NCBI GenBank assembly: GCA_040954595.2
Contig: CM082589.2
Coordinates: 11,854,894 to 11,918,893, forward strand
From: Balanoglossus misakiensis
Lineage: Eukaryota; Animalia; Hemichordata
Length of the DNA: 64,000 nt
Direction: 5' to 3'
Position numbers and translations under genes: made by a program. Shown here in pieces: positions 1 through 11,187 of the stretch. Each line of letters opens with the position of its first letter. Positions within the stretch are counted from its first letter, which is position 1. Below the pieces are notes generated by a model. That model did no database searches, was not told where the DNA came from, and was given only the letters and a program-made list of their open reading frames with translations.

Positions 1-800
1 CTAACGAACGCTAGTGTCTGTCATGGTGTGCCGGGGTTTTAGTCGAGCCAGGCCGTAGGAGATCTGACTTGATCATCGTGGTCAATGTACGCGTGTTTCC
101 GCTCTAAAGTGCCGGGGCTTCAGCTAAACCAGGCCGTAGGAAATCCGACGTAATCACCGTTGAAAACTTACGCCAGTCTGTCTCATATAGAGCCGGTGCA
201 CCAGCCGAGTCACGCCGTAGAAAATCTGACTTGATCAACGTGGTCAATGTACGCCTGTTTCTGCTCTAGAGTGCCGGGGCTTCAGCTGAGCCAGGCCGTA
301 GGAAACCCGACGTGATTACCGTTGTTAACTTACGCCAGTCTGTGTCCTATATATAGTGCCGGGGCATCAGCCGTGCCAGGCCGAAGGAAATGTGAGTAGA
401 TCAACGTGGTCTCTGTACGCGTGTTTCTGCTCTAGAGTGCCAGGGCTTTAGCCAAGCCATGCCGTAGGAAATCTGACTTGATCAACGTTGCTAACGAACG
501 CTAGTGTCTGTCATAGTGTGCCGGGGTTTTAGTCGAGCCAAGCCGTAGGAGATCAGACTTGATCAACGTGGTCTCTGTACGCGTGTTTCTGCTCTAGAGT
601 GCCGGGGCTTTATCCAAGCCATGCCGTAGAAAATCTGACTTGATCACCGTTGCTAACGTACGCTAGTGTCTGTCATATTGTGACGGAGATTTAGCCGAGC
701 CAGGCCATAGAAAAATCGACTTGTTCAACGTTACCAGTGTGCAACTGTTTCTGCTCTAGAGTGTCAGGGTTTTAGCCGACTTATGCTGTAGGAAATCTGA
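1..800 (+). repeat. 81-bp subrepeat block of the monomer (alternating A/B types, 162-bp dimer); example copy
   Basis: The ccgtagg-like anchor occurs at 53, 134, 215, 296, 381, 462, 543, 624, 705 and 786 (spacing 81, once 85). Type A (gtggtcaatgtacgcgtgtttctgctctagag) alternates with type B (ccgttgctaacgaacgctagtgtctgtcat). Confidence 0.95.
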
Positions 801-859
801 GTTGATGAACGGGAATTCAATGTTAGAAAACCCGTGTGGAAAGTATCTCTACCCGTTTG

Positions 860-1700
860 AAACTAAGAAAAGAATTTATTCTTATTTATTTTGTAAAAAA
901 GACAATTTTTCGAAAAAAAAGTCGAAAATGGTAATTTTGTCTTGGGTGATTCAAATTATACCGCCTTTTCAGGAATTTGCAGCACTTTTTACAAGAGAAC
1001 GACACTTCATGCTCCATAATATTTCCGAAAATGAAGAAAAGAGTTAATTTTTTATGATTTTTTAAAAATTTACCATTTGTGTCAAAATATGGCCAAAATG
1101 GCTATTTTTTCTTGAATTCCGTCAATATCTCTGCATTTTTGGAGTGGTCGAAAGTTTTAACATACAATCAACATGTCATATATGATCAGGGCACCAAATT
1201 CGAAGAACAAAGGTTTTTTTTATTTTTCTTCTAAAAATGACATTTTCAAGAAAAATTTGGTAAAACGCAATTTTGTCTGAAGTGAGCCAAATTAGACGGT
1301 CTTTTGTGGAATTTGTATCGATATATATATACGAAGAGCATTCTATACTCCATCAGATTTCCGAAAATGTAGAAAACAGGTATTTTTTGTAATTTTCAAA
1401 AATTTACCATTTTGACCAAATTGTGGCTAAAATTGTTATTTTCGTGTTAAATGCCGCCAGTGTCACTGCTTTTAAAAGTCATAAAAACTTTTAACATACA
1501 AGCAATTGTTTATATATGATCAGGTCACCGAATTAAAAAAATAAAGAATGTTTTGCCTAAAAATGACCTTTTTGGTGCAAAAAAGATTAAAACGCAATTT
1601 TGTATTAAATCAGAATGCATTTTTTATAATCAGCACCATTTTTACATATAATGGAAATTTCATACATCATCAGATATCCAAATATGAAAAAATGATTTAG
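860..1700 (+). repeat. AT-rich block of the monomer: ~2.5 diverged copies of a ~335-bp unit; example copy
   Basis: atttccgaaaatg at 1021 and ~1356; aaaatttaccattt at ~1065 and ~1399; ttttaacatacaa...atatgatcagg.cacc.aatt at ~1155 and ~1489; taaaacgcaattttgt at 1261 and ~1588. Confidence 0.85.
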
Positions 1701-2062
1701 ATTTTAGATGATTGTCCAAAATTAGCTGATATCTAATAAATGTAGTATTGAACCGTTCTGTTCCCCCCCCCCCTACATTATATGCGGTACGCCGATGTCA
1801 GCTTACCCGGCAGTACTGCAGGCCGTGCCCCCAACTAACGTCGGTGTTTGAAACGCCCTGGTTAAATTTGGGCTTTCTCTAGAAATTGACAGGCAATAAT
1901 GCAGTCCTACCCGAACAAATGTCAAGTGTTGAACCGCTGTGACTTTCCCTCTTCTGTTTGCCGGACTTAGCCAACGTCTTTAGCTTCAGCTAAACCAGGC
2001 CGTAGGAAATCCGACGTAATCACCGTTGATAACTTACGCCAGTCTGTGTCATATAGAGCCGG

Positions 2063-2720
2063 TGTAAGTGCAGTCCTCCCTGATTGGATGGCTGTGTGTG
2101 CAGGTGCACATGCACATAGTGGTTATCCAATATGCAAATTTCCTTTTCACTATAAATTGGCACCTCGCCAGTGTGCAAGTTTTCATTTCATCGTCAGGCC
2201 TTCTAGGCTACATGTTTGTGAGCACTGCACTGCATGCTTTTTGAACCCCTAAAAGCGTCACCATCTGCGGTAAGACTTACCTGTTTTATTTAGCGATACA
2301 GAGCGGTCTTTCAACAGAAGCAGCGGCTATCCAGGACGCAGACTACTTCATTTATAAACCATTAATTTTGAGCGATTGAGTAGAATTGATTTGAATTTAC
2401 TTACCTGTAAACGCTGTATTTTTGGAATTTGCTTTGTAATTGAGTTTGAACTTCTGTATCGGCATTTTACATTTACCTTTGAATACTTACTTGAATTTAT
2501 TTCGTCTATGTATTTGTTTATACAGAACCGTGTTGTACCCGTGTTATACCAGTGTTATACCAGTATTAGAACCGTGTTATTACGTCGTGCACGGTCTATT
2601 TTGTATGCACCGAACAGTTTGCTCCTCGTAGACAGTAAAATAAAAGGAGAATTTTTATACAACACGAGTGTCCAGAGTGTGTACTCCAGGGGCCCATGCA
2701 AGTAGGAATTGGATCCTACA
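2063..2720 (+). repeat. 5' LTR of BEL element 1
   Basis: Starts TGTAAG at the satellite break and ends CCTACA. AATAAA at 2639-2644; short ~12-bp ccgtgttata-type repeats at ~2528-2580. Followed by tagttctcag (PBS position) and the gag ATG at 2787. There is no second LTR to confirm the 3' boundary. Confidence 0.75.
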
Positions 2721-2786
2721 TAGTTCTCAGATGACGTTGGACTGAAACCTGGTGTAACCGTGTACTAGCAGATACATTAGAAAGTC

Positions 2787-5750
2787 ATGGCAACTGGAAA
2801 CGACGAGGTGTTCCACGTTCCAGCAGCACCAGGCCCTGTCTCCGTCAAGAGTAGCAGTTCATCAAAAACAGCTAGCTCAACAAGAGAAGAAAAAGCCGGT
2901 AAGCCGATTGATTTAGTTCTCAAATTAAGGAGATCAATTATCGCTTACCGCGGCCATATGACACGTATTTACATGGATGTAGAGACCATGTTAATGTCGT
3001 CGCCTGACTACCAAGCAGTTACCAAAAAGAAAGAAGACTTGGATAGGATTTTTACTTCATATACAAATACTTGTTATGAATATCAGAAACATCTTTCAAG
3101 GTCCGAACAAGAAAGTGTACGACTTGAACACGAATCTGAAGTTAACAGAAAAGAGTGTCTGGAACAACGCCTGAAGAACTGGATTTCGTCTCATCGAATC
3201 ACGATAACAACTCCGTCACGTGGGTTGGAGCCAGAAGTGCCACCAGCTTCACAAGAGGATGATGTCAACGGTTCAGCGGCTTCCAAAAATTCACGTCACT
3301 CTACCAAGGACCAGGTAAAATCTGTAAAAAAGAAATCACATAGTCAAACGTCTTATGGAAATGGTAACCGGCAGACAAGTAATATATGTTCTTTATCGAG
3401 TTCAAAGGCAAGTCGAGCTTCAAGAATTGCAAGAAGGAAGATATTGGAAACCCAGCTTGAACTTGAAAAGATACAGCAAGAAGAAGAAGCCAAAGCCAAG
3501 CTTCGTGATCTGCGACTTCGAGAAGAAGAAATAAAGATGCAGTCAACATTGAAGATTCTAGACGTTCAACAGAAGTTAAAACAGGCTGAAATGAAGGCTG
3601 AATTAGCAGAAGAGGGAACTTCGTTTCATTCCAAAGAATATTTTGTTGATACAAGTGAAGCAAGGATGACCAGTCCAAGTGAGAAGATTGACAGGTATTT
3701 CCAGTCTTTTCAAGATTATCACCCCCATGTATTGTCGAGTGGTCCCCCAGTAGAAGTTTCCCGGTTCAACACAACAACAACTTTGCTTAAAGACAGACCG
3801 CTGTCCGAAAATGTGAAACAGTTGGAGGGCAATGTGGCAGCATTAAATCCGAATGCACCAGAATGGCAGCCCGTGGACCACAATATTGGGGAACAACTTT
3901 ATAGAAATGAACCAAGTCCATTGCGGGATGGGCAACACGAAATCCTACAGAGTATGATAAGACAACAGAGTGAAGCCACGCAAGCACTTGTAACTAGTTT
4001 GAATTTGCCGAAGCGGGAATTCCTATCGTTTAATGGTGACCCAGTAGTGTACCCCACGTTCATCAGAAATTTTGAGATAAACATTGTAAACGGAACAACC
4101 GATGATGGCACTAGATTGGCTTATCTCATCCAATACTGCACTGGACCAGCCAAAGAAGCAATCAAGAACTGAGTGATTCTACCTCCAGAACAAGGTTACA
4201 CTGAAGCAAGGAAAATATTATACCAGAATTTCGGCCAGAAACACACGATCGTCCATGCCACCATAGACAAAGTCGTCAAGGGACCACAGATCAAGGCCAC
4301 GGACACATCAAAGTTGCTACAGTTGGCACGTGACATGAATAATTGTCATATGTGTTCCAGCCAAATGAAATACACCGCTGATCTGAACTCCATGGATACA
4401 TTGGAGAAGATAGTGAGACGCCTACCTACATTTCTACAAGCAGATTGGGCAAAAGAAGCTGGAAGAATGATTTACTCCGGTATTGAACCAGAATTCATCC
4501 ATCTGACAGCGTTTTTGGAGAAGCGAGCAGCCTTGGCCAATACAAGATTCGGGATGTTGGTTGGATCAAAACCAGAACCAGAGAGAGACGTATAGTCCAG
4601 GGTCAAACAATTCACCAAGGCTACTACTTTGACCACTCAAGTGGGTCATGAAATGTACGGCAAGACGCAAGACAAACCCTACTGCCAATCCAAGAGAGAA
4701 ATTAGATGTCTTTTCTGCCAAGGACAACACCAACTGCAGAGATGCCGGAAGTTTGCCAGGAAGTCGTTCATGGAGAAGAAAACGTTTGTGCGAAAACAGA
4801 ACCTCTGTGATTGTTGTCTGGAAGCAACCCCTTGACACTTCGCTAAAAACTGCAAAAGTGGATTGTTTTGTCCAGTAACTGACTGTGGAAGACTTCACCA
4901 CCCATTACTACACCCAGTATCGTCACATCCTAGCCAGTCGTCAAATGAAGTGTATCCCAGTGGAAGTGGTAGACCAGCTCCACCCACAACACGTCTTGGG
5001 AAGAATAAAGACGAGAAAAGTGACGGGAATTCTGAAGTAACCAATGGGGCCGGTAACACCGTTCATTGTAAAGCAACCAGGACAAACAAGCCACGTATCA
5101 GCCTACAAGTTGTACCAGTCCGAGTAAGTGGAGTGGAGGGAGGAGCAGAGATTGAAACTTATGCATTCCTGGACAATGGTTCAGACACAACAATATGTCT
5201 CTCATCTCTAGCAGACAGACTTGGTTTGGGTGGACAACCCATTACATATACACTTTCCACACTTGATGCTGAAACGAAGAAGTATGGACGTGAAGTTAAA
5301 TTAGATGTACGAGGTCTACATAGAAATCAAAGTGTTCATCTTGATAAGGTATGGACGACGGACAAACTTCCCATAACGGCAAACAGTATACCAACAGCAG
5401 AGGATACGAAGGAATGGTCTCATCTGAAGGATGTTGAATTACCAGAATTGCAGAACAAGGAAGTCACAATCCTGATCGGTAACGACATTCCAGAAGCACA
5501 CTGGGTCCTGGAGGAAAGACGTGCCGGGAGAAAACAACCATACGCAATCCGAACATTACTTGGATGGACGTTGATTGGGCCGATGAAAGGAAAGAAAGAA
5601 ACCAACTCATCAATCAACTTTATCAATATGGACCAGATCATCGACAGTGATACTTCTATCAAAGGTATGGAGTCCATTTCATCACAATTGGAAAGGATGT
5701 ACAATGCCGACTTCAACGAAAATCTAGTGGATACTAAAGAATGCATGTCA
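2787..5750 (+). pseudogene. gag: BEL/Pao gag-protease, one frame broken by three nonsense codons
   Basis: ORFs 2787-4172, 4173-4595, 4629-4835 and 4863- share one frame, with stops at 4170, 4593 and 4833. Motifs: FNGDPVVYPTF, RLAYLIQYCTGPAKEAI, CLFCQGQHQLQRC, CDCCL...HFAKNC, CPVTDCGRLHHPLLH, and aspartic protease AFLDNGSDTT (~5172). Confidence 0.92.
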
Positions 5751-7979
5751 TCAACCTACTCAAAAGACGTCTACTTAAAGATCCAGATCTCCATGAAAAG
5801 TACAGTACAACTATACAAGACTATATTGTACAAGGTCATGCAAAAGAAGTATCTGATGAAAACAAAGAAGACGATAGACGGTTATGGTACCTACCTCATC
5901 ATCCGGTGACGCATCCCATGAAACCAGAAAAGGTGAGAGTCGTCTTCGATTGTGCTGCCAAATGTGGAGGAACTTCACTGAACGATCAACTCCTGCAGGG
6001 TCCGGATTTGACCAATTCCTTGGTTGGAGTCTTGCTACGGTTCCGTCAGTATCCTGTTGCAGTGGTTGCTGATATCAAGCAAATGTTTCACCAAGTTCAT
6101 GTCGACCCCGAAGATAGTGATGTCCTGCGATTCCTATGGTGGCCTAACGGTGACCTCACGAAGGAGCCCGTCGATCATCAAATGCTTGTTCATTTGTTTG
6201 GCGCGACATCATCACCTAGTTGTTCAGCATACGCCCTCCGGAGAACAGCTGATGACAATAGAAGTAACTTCGACTCGGACATCATAGATGCTGTCTACAG
6301 AAATTTCTACGTGGATGATTTCTTAAAATCAGTACTTGCCGTGGACACAGCCAAGAGACTCATCACTGAAGTTTCAGCCCTTTTGTCTAATGGTGGATTT
6401 CATCTGACCAAATGGATTTCTAATTGCACAGAAGTATTGTCCTCCATCCCGTCAGAAGAAAGGGCGCCATATGTGATGAATTTAGACCTGGAAGACTTAC
6501 CAGTTGACAGAGCTCTTGGTGTACAATGGGACATTCAAGAAGATACTATGAGCTTCAGAGTTGGCAAGGAAAGTAAAAGTGAAACTCGAAGAGGGATTCT
6601 CTCAGTTGTAGTATCTGTGTACGACCCACTAGGATTTGTTGCACCATTTGTATTGCCGGCTAAGCGCATATTACAAGAATTATGCAAAGAAGGATGTGGA
6701 TGGGATGAAGCCATACCAGTGAAATATCTAGTTGTTTGGCGTGAATGGTTACAGAAGTTACCGATGTTAAAAGCCATGGTAATTCCACGGTGTTACACAC
6801 CTCCAGGTTTTGGCCAGCCACAATCTATAGAAATTCATCATTTCTGCGATGCTTCAACGGAAGGATATGGGGTTGTTTCCTACCTACGGTTTATTGACAA
6901 AGGTGGTAATTTTCACTGCAGCCTCGTGACTGGCAAATCTAGAGTTGCTCCACTGAAGACCATTACAGTACCAAGATTGGAATTGACAGCAGCAACAGTG
7001 GCCGTTAAAGTCAGCAAACAGATAAAAGAAGAACTTCAATTTCCTATCCATCGAGAGCGATTCTGGACAGACTCTACCATTGTTATACAATATATCTGCA
7101 GCTCAACAAGACGCTTCAAGACCTTTGTAGCCAACCGCCTACAACTAATACACGATGCAACACTACCGTCACAATGGCATCATGTTCCTTCACAACTCAA
7201 TCCAGCTGATTGTGCCTCCCGAGGTATTACCTTGAATGCCGCCAAAGCGAAGTCCAAACTGTGGTTCGAAGGTCCAGAATTTCTCTGGAAATCTGAAGGA
7301 AACTGGCCAACCCAACCTACCGACTTACCAAGAATATCGGATGAGGACAACGAATTGAAAATGGCAAAGGTATGCGCAGTGGTAAACAGCAACCAGACAG
7401 ATGACACTGATATCATCCATTCGTTAATTCACAGATTTTCGTCATGGTACAAACTTTGCAAATCTGTCGCTTGGATTTTACGATACAAGAAGTATCTCCG
7501 AGCTCGCATTGAGAATGGCGGAAATGGTAAAGTTCCGGTTGGTGCTCTAACGGTGTCAGAAGTGTCCGATGCTACCTTAGAAGTCATTAGAGTCGTTCAA
7601 CGGAAAGCGTTTCCTAAGGAAATATCAACACAGTTGAAGAATCCAAGCAGAAAACCAGATTCTGAAGGATATACCAGTCCACTTTGCAGACTCAGTCCAA
7701 TCTACAAAGATGGCATTATACACGTTGGTGGAAGACTAAACAACTCCCCCATAGATGAAACCACAAAACATCCTATTATTCTACCCCATAATCATCAAGT
7801 GACCGAATTAATTGTTCAGTTTTTCCATGAGCAGGAAGGTCACGTAGGAACCACCCATGTGTTATCCAGAATCCGAAAAGAATATTGGATTTTGAGAGGC
7901 CAAGCTACTGTCAGAAGAATTCTGCGGAAATGTGTAGTGTGCAGGAGATGGAATGCAAGACCTGGAACGCAAATAAAAT
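5741..7979 (+). pseudogene. pol: BEL/Pao pol: reverse transcriptase, RNase H, integrase Zn-binding domain
   Basis: [45 protein letters not shown] (6308-6319), [31 protein letters not shown]...CVVC. A frameshifting deletion lies near 5750, and the ORF is cut at PGTQI by an insertion. Confidence 0.95.
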
Positions 7980-8710
7980 AGAGGTTTAGTTACACGTAAA
8001 TACGTTCGATCAGTACGCGTAGCGTCATTGTCACGTGACAAGCAGAGGTCGCGTACGCGTAGAACAGACGTTCGGAACGGCAAGCGACGCTTCTACGCGT
8101 AATCATGATTACGTGTAACATTTTTTCGGAATTTCTCGATATTCTCTCTTTAATTTGAGCGATTGATCTCTGCAAACAGTATAGAAAACATTTTCCAATT
8201 TCCGAAAAACCTCTTTTTTACATAATTACTGCTGAAAAAGTTAGAAATTTATGAAAATATTCCTTATTCTTTGCCAATTTCTAATGAAAAAATTACATAA
8301 AGGTATTCTTAGTCTCTTTCCTGCAGCTGTACAGCAGGAAAAATGCATTTTGTCATATTTTGGCTTTAAACTCAAATTAAAATTTATCTGTGAAAAAACT
8401 GAGTCTCCTTCAAAGCCACGTACATGACAGTCCTTTTGATTTTTTTCTAATGAAATTTTGTCTCCATGTTTATCATGAGTAATATTTCTATTGAAAATTT
8501 GCAAGTGTGTGAATTGTTTGTAAAATTTCGCCAGAAAAAACAATAGCATCAAAAAGTAAATCTGAAACCCAATATTTATTACAAGAATTGTTAGATTAAT
8601 ATCCGTATCACACAAATCCGTTGGATTTCGTATGAATTTTAGGAAATAAGCACTGCTAATTGACAAATCCATATTTTGCAGCTGAAATACTTGGAAAAGA
8701 GTCAGTGGCA

Positions 8711-9024
8711 TGTGAGAGCTTGGAAATTTCCAAGCACTGACAAGGGTCAGTGGTCGGAAATTTCCAGACACTCAGGGAATGTGAGAGCCTGGAAATTTCC
8801 AAGCACTGACAAGGGTCAGTGGTCGGAAATTTCCAGACACTCAGGGAATGTGAGAGCTTAGAAATTTCCAAGCACTGACAAGGGTCAGTGGTCGGAAATT
8901 TCCGGACACTCAGGGAATGTGAGAGCCTGGAATTTTCCAAGCACTGACAAGGGTCAGTGGTCGGAAATTTCCAGACACTCAGGGAATGTGATAGCCTTGA
9001 TATTTCCAAGCACTGACAGGGTCA
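8711..9024 (+). repeat. 69-bp tandem array, left arm (~4.5 copies)
   Basis: Unit gtgagagcttggaaatttccaagcactgacaagggtcagtggtcggaaatttccagacactcagggaat; visible as a 23-aa periodicity in ORF 8656-9009. Confidence 0.95.
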
Positions 9025-9090
9025 TGGTAGTCCCCCGTACAGGTCTGCGTTCTCCCGGCGTTTAATACATGGCTTCCACCACATCTCTGC

Positions 9091-9417
9091 AAGGCTCCAT
9101 GGACAAAACTGATTCGTCTGAGATCCGGATCCGGACAGCAGCTTTTCGTAATTAACTTCTGAGCCGCTCGCTTTCTGATTTTCTCTTGTGTTTACCTGTT
9201 GAGATCGCCATATTGAATACGGTGAGGTTATCTCAATGGGTAAACACAAAAGTTTCAGAAAGCGAGCGGTTCGGATGTTAGAAGAAGTCAATCGTGGAGT
9301 CGGTTATAACCGTTTAGTAGACAGGGAAAGGATATTCTCCCGATAAAATCGAATTTTGGCGAAAAGCTCTGGTACGGATCTGGACCGCAGACGCAACAGG
9401 TTTGTCTAAGGAGCCTT
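9091..9417. mobile_element. Small diverged MITE-like inverted-repeat element
   Basis: aaggctccatggacaaaactgattcgtctgagatccggatccggacagcagcttttcg (9091-) is an imperfect ~58-bp reverse complement of cgaaaagctctggtacggatctggaccgcagacgcaacaggtttgtctaaggagcctt (-9417). Confidence 0.7.
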
Positions 9418-9427
9418 AGCGTCACAA

Positions 9428-9855
9428 TGTTCATGACAGGCTTCGCCTACCAACTCCTCTGAGTTAGCCCATACACTAGTTGTTTATTGGGAATTGGTAT
9501 TGTTTATCTGACATAATTGTTCTTTCTACTCTGTATACAAAGTCACAACTTCACAACTACCAAATGCTATTGTTCTTGAATTATGCAGTGTTACCAAATG
9601 TCACAGTTCAAACCACTGTTTATAAAGAAGTATTGGCCATCCCGCCCCCCTCTCTTCATTCCGAACCTATTCCCAAGTGTACGCGGTACATTTGTTGGTG
9701 CCGAGACCAGGATGTCGGGCATGGAGAGAGAGAGAAGAGGCCACCGCAGTCAAATGACCAATCTCATCCGTAGGGTTGAAGATATGAACACAGGCGAAGT
9801 TCCTCAACAGATCGTTTTCCTAAAGGCCATAATTTGAAACATGATAGAGAAACTC
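9428..9855 (+). mobile_element. Fragment of another BEL/Pao element: putative LTR, tRNA-His-type PBS and gag N-terminus
   Basis: TGT(9428)...GGTACA(9690), then TGGTGCCGAGACCAGGAT (9696-9713). ATG 9712 gives MSGMERERRGHRSQMTNLIRRVE, resembling RSRRGQRAQVTRLFNKAD of the BEL element 2 gag. The LTR start is tentative. Confidence 0.65.
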
Positions 9856-9870
9856 AAGATTTCCAAGCAC

Positions 9871-10497
9871 TGACCCTGTCAATGCTTGGAAATTTCCAGG
9901 CTCTCACATTCCCCGAGTGTCTGGATATTTCCGGCCACTAACCCTGTCAGTGCTTGGGAATTTCTAGACTCTCACATTCCCTGAGTGTCTGGAAATTTCC
10001 GACCACTGACCCTTGTCAGTGCTTGGAAATTTCTAAGCTCTCACATTCCCTGAGTGTCTGGAAATTTCCGACCACTGACCCTTGTCAGTGCTTGGAAATT
10101 TCCAGGCTCTCACATTCCCCGAGTGTCTGAAAATTTCCGACCACTGACCCTTGTCAGTGCTTGGAAATTTCCAGGCTCTCACATTCCCTGAGTGTCTGGA
10201 AATTTCCGACCACTGACCCTTGTCAGTGCTTGGAAATTTCTAAGCTCTCACATTCCCTGAGTGTCTGGAAATTTCCGACCACTGACCCTTGTCAGTGCTT
10301 GGAAATTTCTAAGCTCTCACATTCCCTGAGTGTCTGGAAATTTCCGACCACTGACCCTTGTCAGTGCTTGGAAATTTCCAGGCTCTCACATTCCCCGAGT
10401 GTCTGAAAATTTCCGACCACTGACCCTTGTCAGTGCTTGGAAATTTCCAGGCTCTCACATTCCCTGAGTGTCTGGAAATTTCCGACCACTGACCCTT
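9871..10497 (-). repeat. 69-bp tandem array, right arm (~9 copies, inverted relative to the left arm)
   Basis: Reverse complement of the 8711-9024 unit; the same 23-aa periodic translation appears on the opposite strand (ORF 10161-10406). Confidence 0.95.
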
Positions 10498-11187
10498 CTG
10501 GAGTGACTAGCATTTTTTGCAAATTGTACTATTAATTGAATTCATAATTTAATAATTAGTTTTTTTCAATGAAATATTCAAATCCATACAACCCAAAGAT
10601 GGCTCCTTCATTATTTCTATGGAAATTTCACAGTTTATTCTTTTCTTTCTGCACACTCGCAAACATCTTGAAAATAATCATAGAAAAATATCGAAATATA
10701 TTGTACTGTGAACAAAACACTAATTTCCTTGAAAAAAGTTTAAAAAACGGCTACTTTTCGGAAATTGGAAAATGTTTTCTATACTGTTTGCAGTGCAATT
10801 GTGATGTAGCCAGCATCCATGTTATCTAAAAAAATCTGCCATATGTGCTAAAACCGGCGCTATTTGTTGTTTTCAAAACATAAACACAAAAATGTATTAC
10901 CAAACTACGTTTTCAGTGGACGCCTCGACAAAGACATCGAAAAACTTCACTAAACTATCTTTCCACTGCAGTCAAGAAACTTATTGCAAGGGTGGTGATC
11001 TTAGAGAATATTCATCACACACAAAATTTATTGAAGTGAAAAATATTTGAGTTTTCTATTGTTTTTAACTGTTGTTGTTATTCAAAACGGACAACTAAAC
11101 CGCAAAATTCACGCGTCGCTACGCATACGCGAACGCCACTGCCTGCCGTCAGACGTACGCGTATTTACGTGTAACTAAACCTCTCTA

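Larger units (their letters stand above)
1..2062 (+). repeat. ~2-kb macrosatellite, forward block 1 (runs off the left edge)
   Basis: The same monomer (81-bp block, AT-rich block, poly-C at ~1763, spacer) recurs throughout the window. It stops at ...agagccgg where LTR sequence begins. Confidence 0.95.
8168..10795. mobile_element. Inner foldback-type TIR element with CACTG-like termini (EnSpm/CACTA-like), non-coding
   Basis: 39-bp perfect inverted repeat ctgcaaacagtatagaaaacattttccaatttccgaaaa (8170-8208 / 10755-10793). The right end reads CACTGCAAAC on the minus strand, the left end CTCTGCAAAC. It sits asymmetrically in the outer element. No clean TSD. Confidence 0.6.
7980..11186. mobile_element. 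Non-autonomous TIR DNA transposon inserted in the BEL integrase; AAT flanks, PIF/Harbinger-group (PHIS)-like
   Basis: TIR agaggtttagttacacgtaaatacg (7980-8004) mirrors cgtatttacgtgtaactaaacctct (11160-11184). AAT at 7977-7979 and 11187-11189. Splits PGTQI / MAPLP. No transposase. The superfamily is inferred from termini only. Confidence 0.85.

Noticed and set aside
1-800. 81-bp repeats as a CRISPR array or as a 27-aa repeat protein gene
   Set aside because: There are no unique spacers, no cas genes and the context is eukaryotic. The A-type unit has a stop in every frame, and short open stretches (e.g. 16045-16281) are incidental.
1789-1873. Possible structured RNA after the poly-C (ACGCCGATGTCAG pairing with CTAACGTCGGTGT through G-U pairs, inner GCAGTACTGC palindrome)
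   Set aside because: Copies carry stem-breaking changes (gtcagtgt at ~23868) or delete one strand (~15835) with no compensatory changes, and it resembles no RNA family I recognise.
4170-4835. In-frame stops in gag as programmed readthrough or selenocysteine
   Set aside because: Three stops, a frameshifting deletion, an insertion and a lost LTR indicate decay. BEL/Pao elements normally have one continuous ORF.
8656-10406. Cys-containing 23-aa repeat ORFs (WKFPTTDPCQCLEIS...)
   Set aside because: These are translations of the 69-bp tandem unit on either strand, inside a non-coding transposon.
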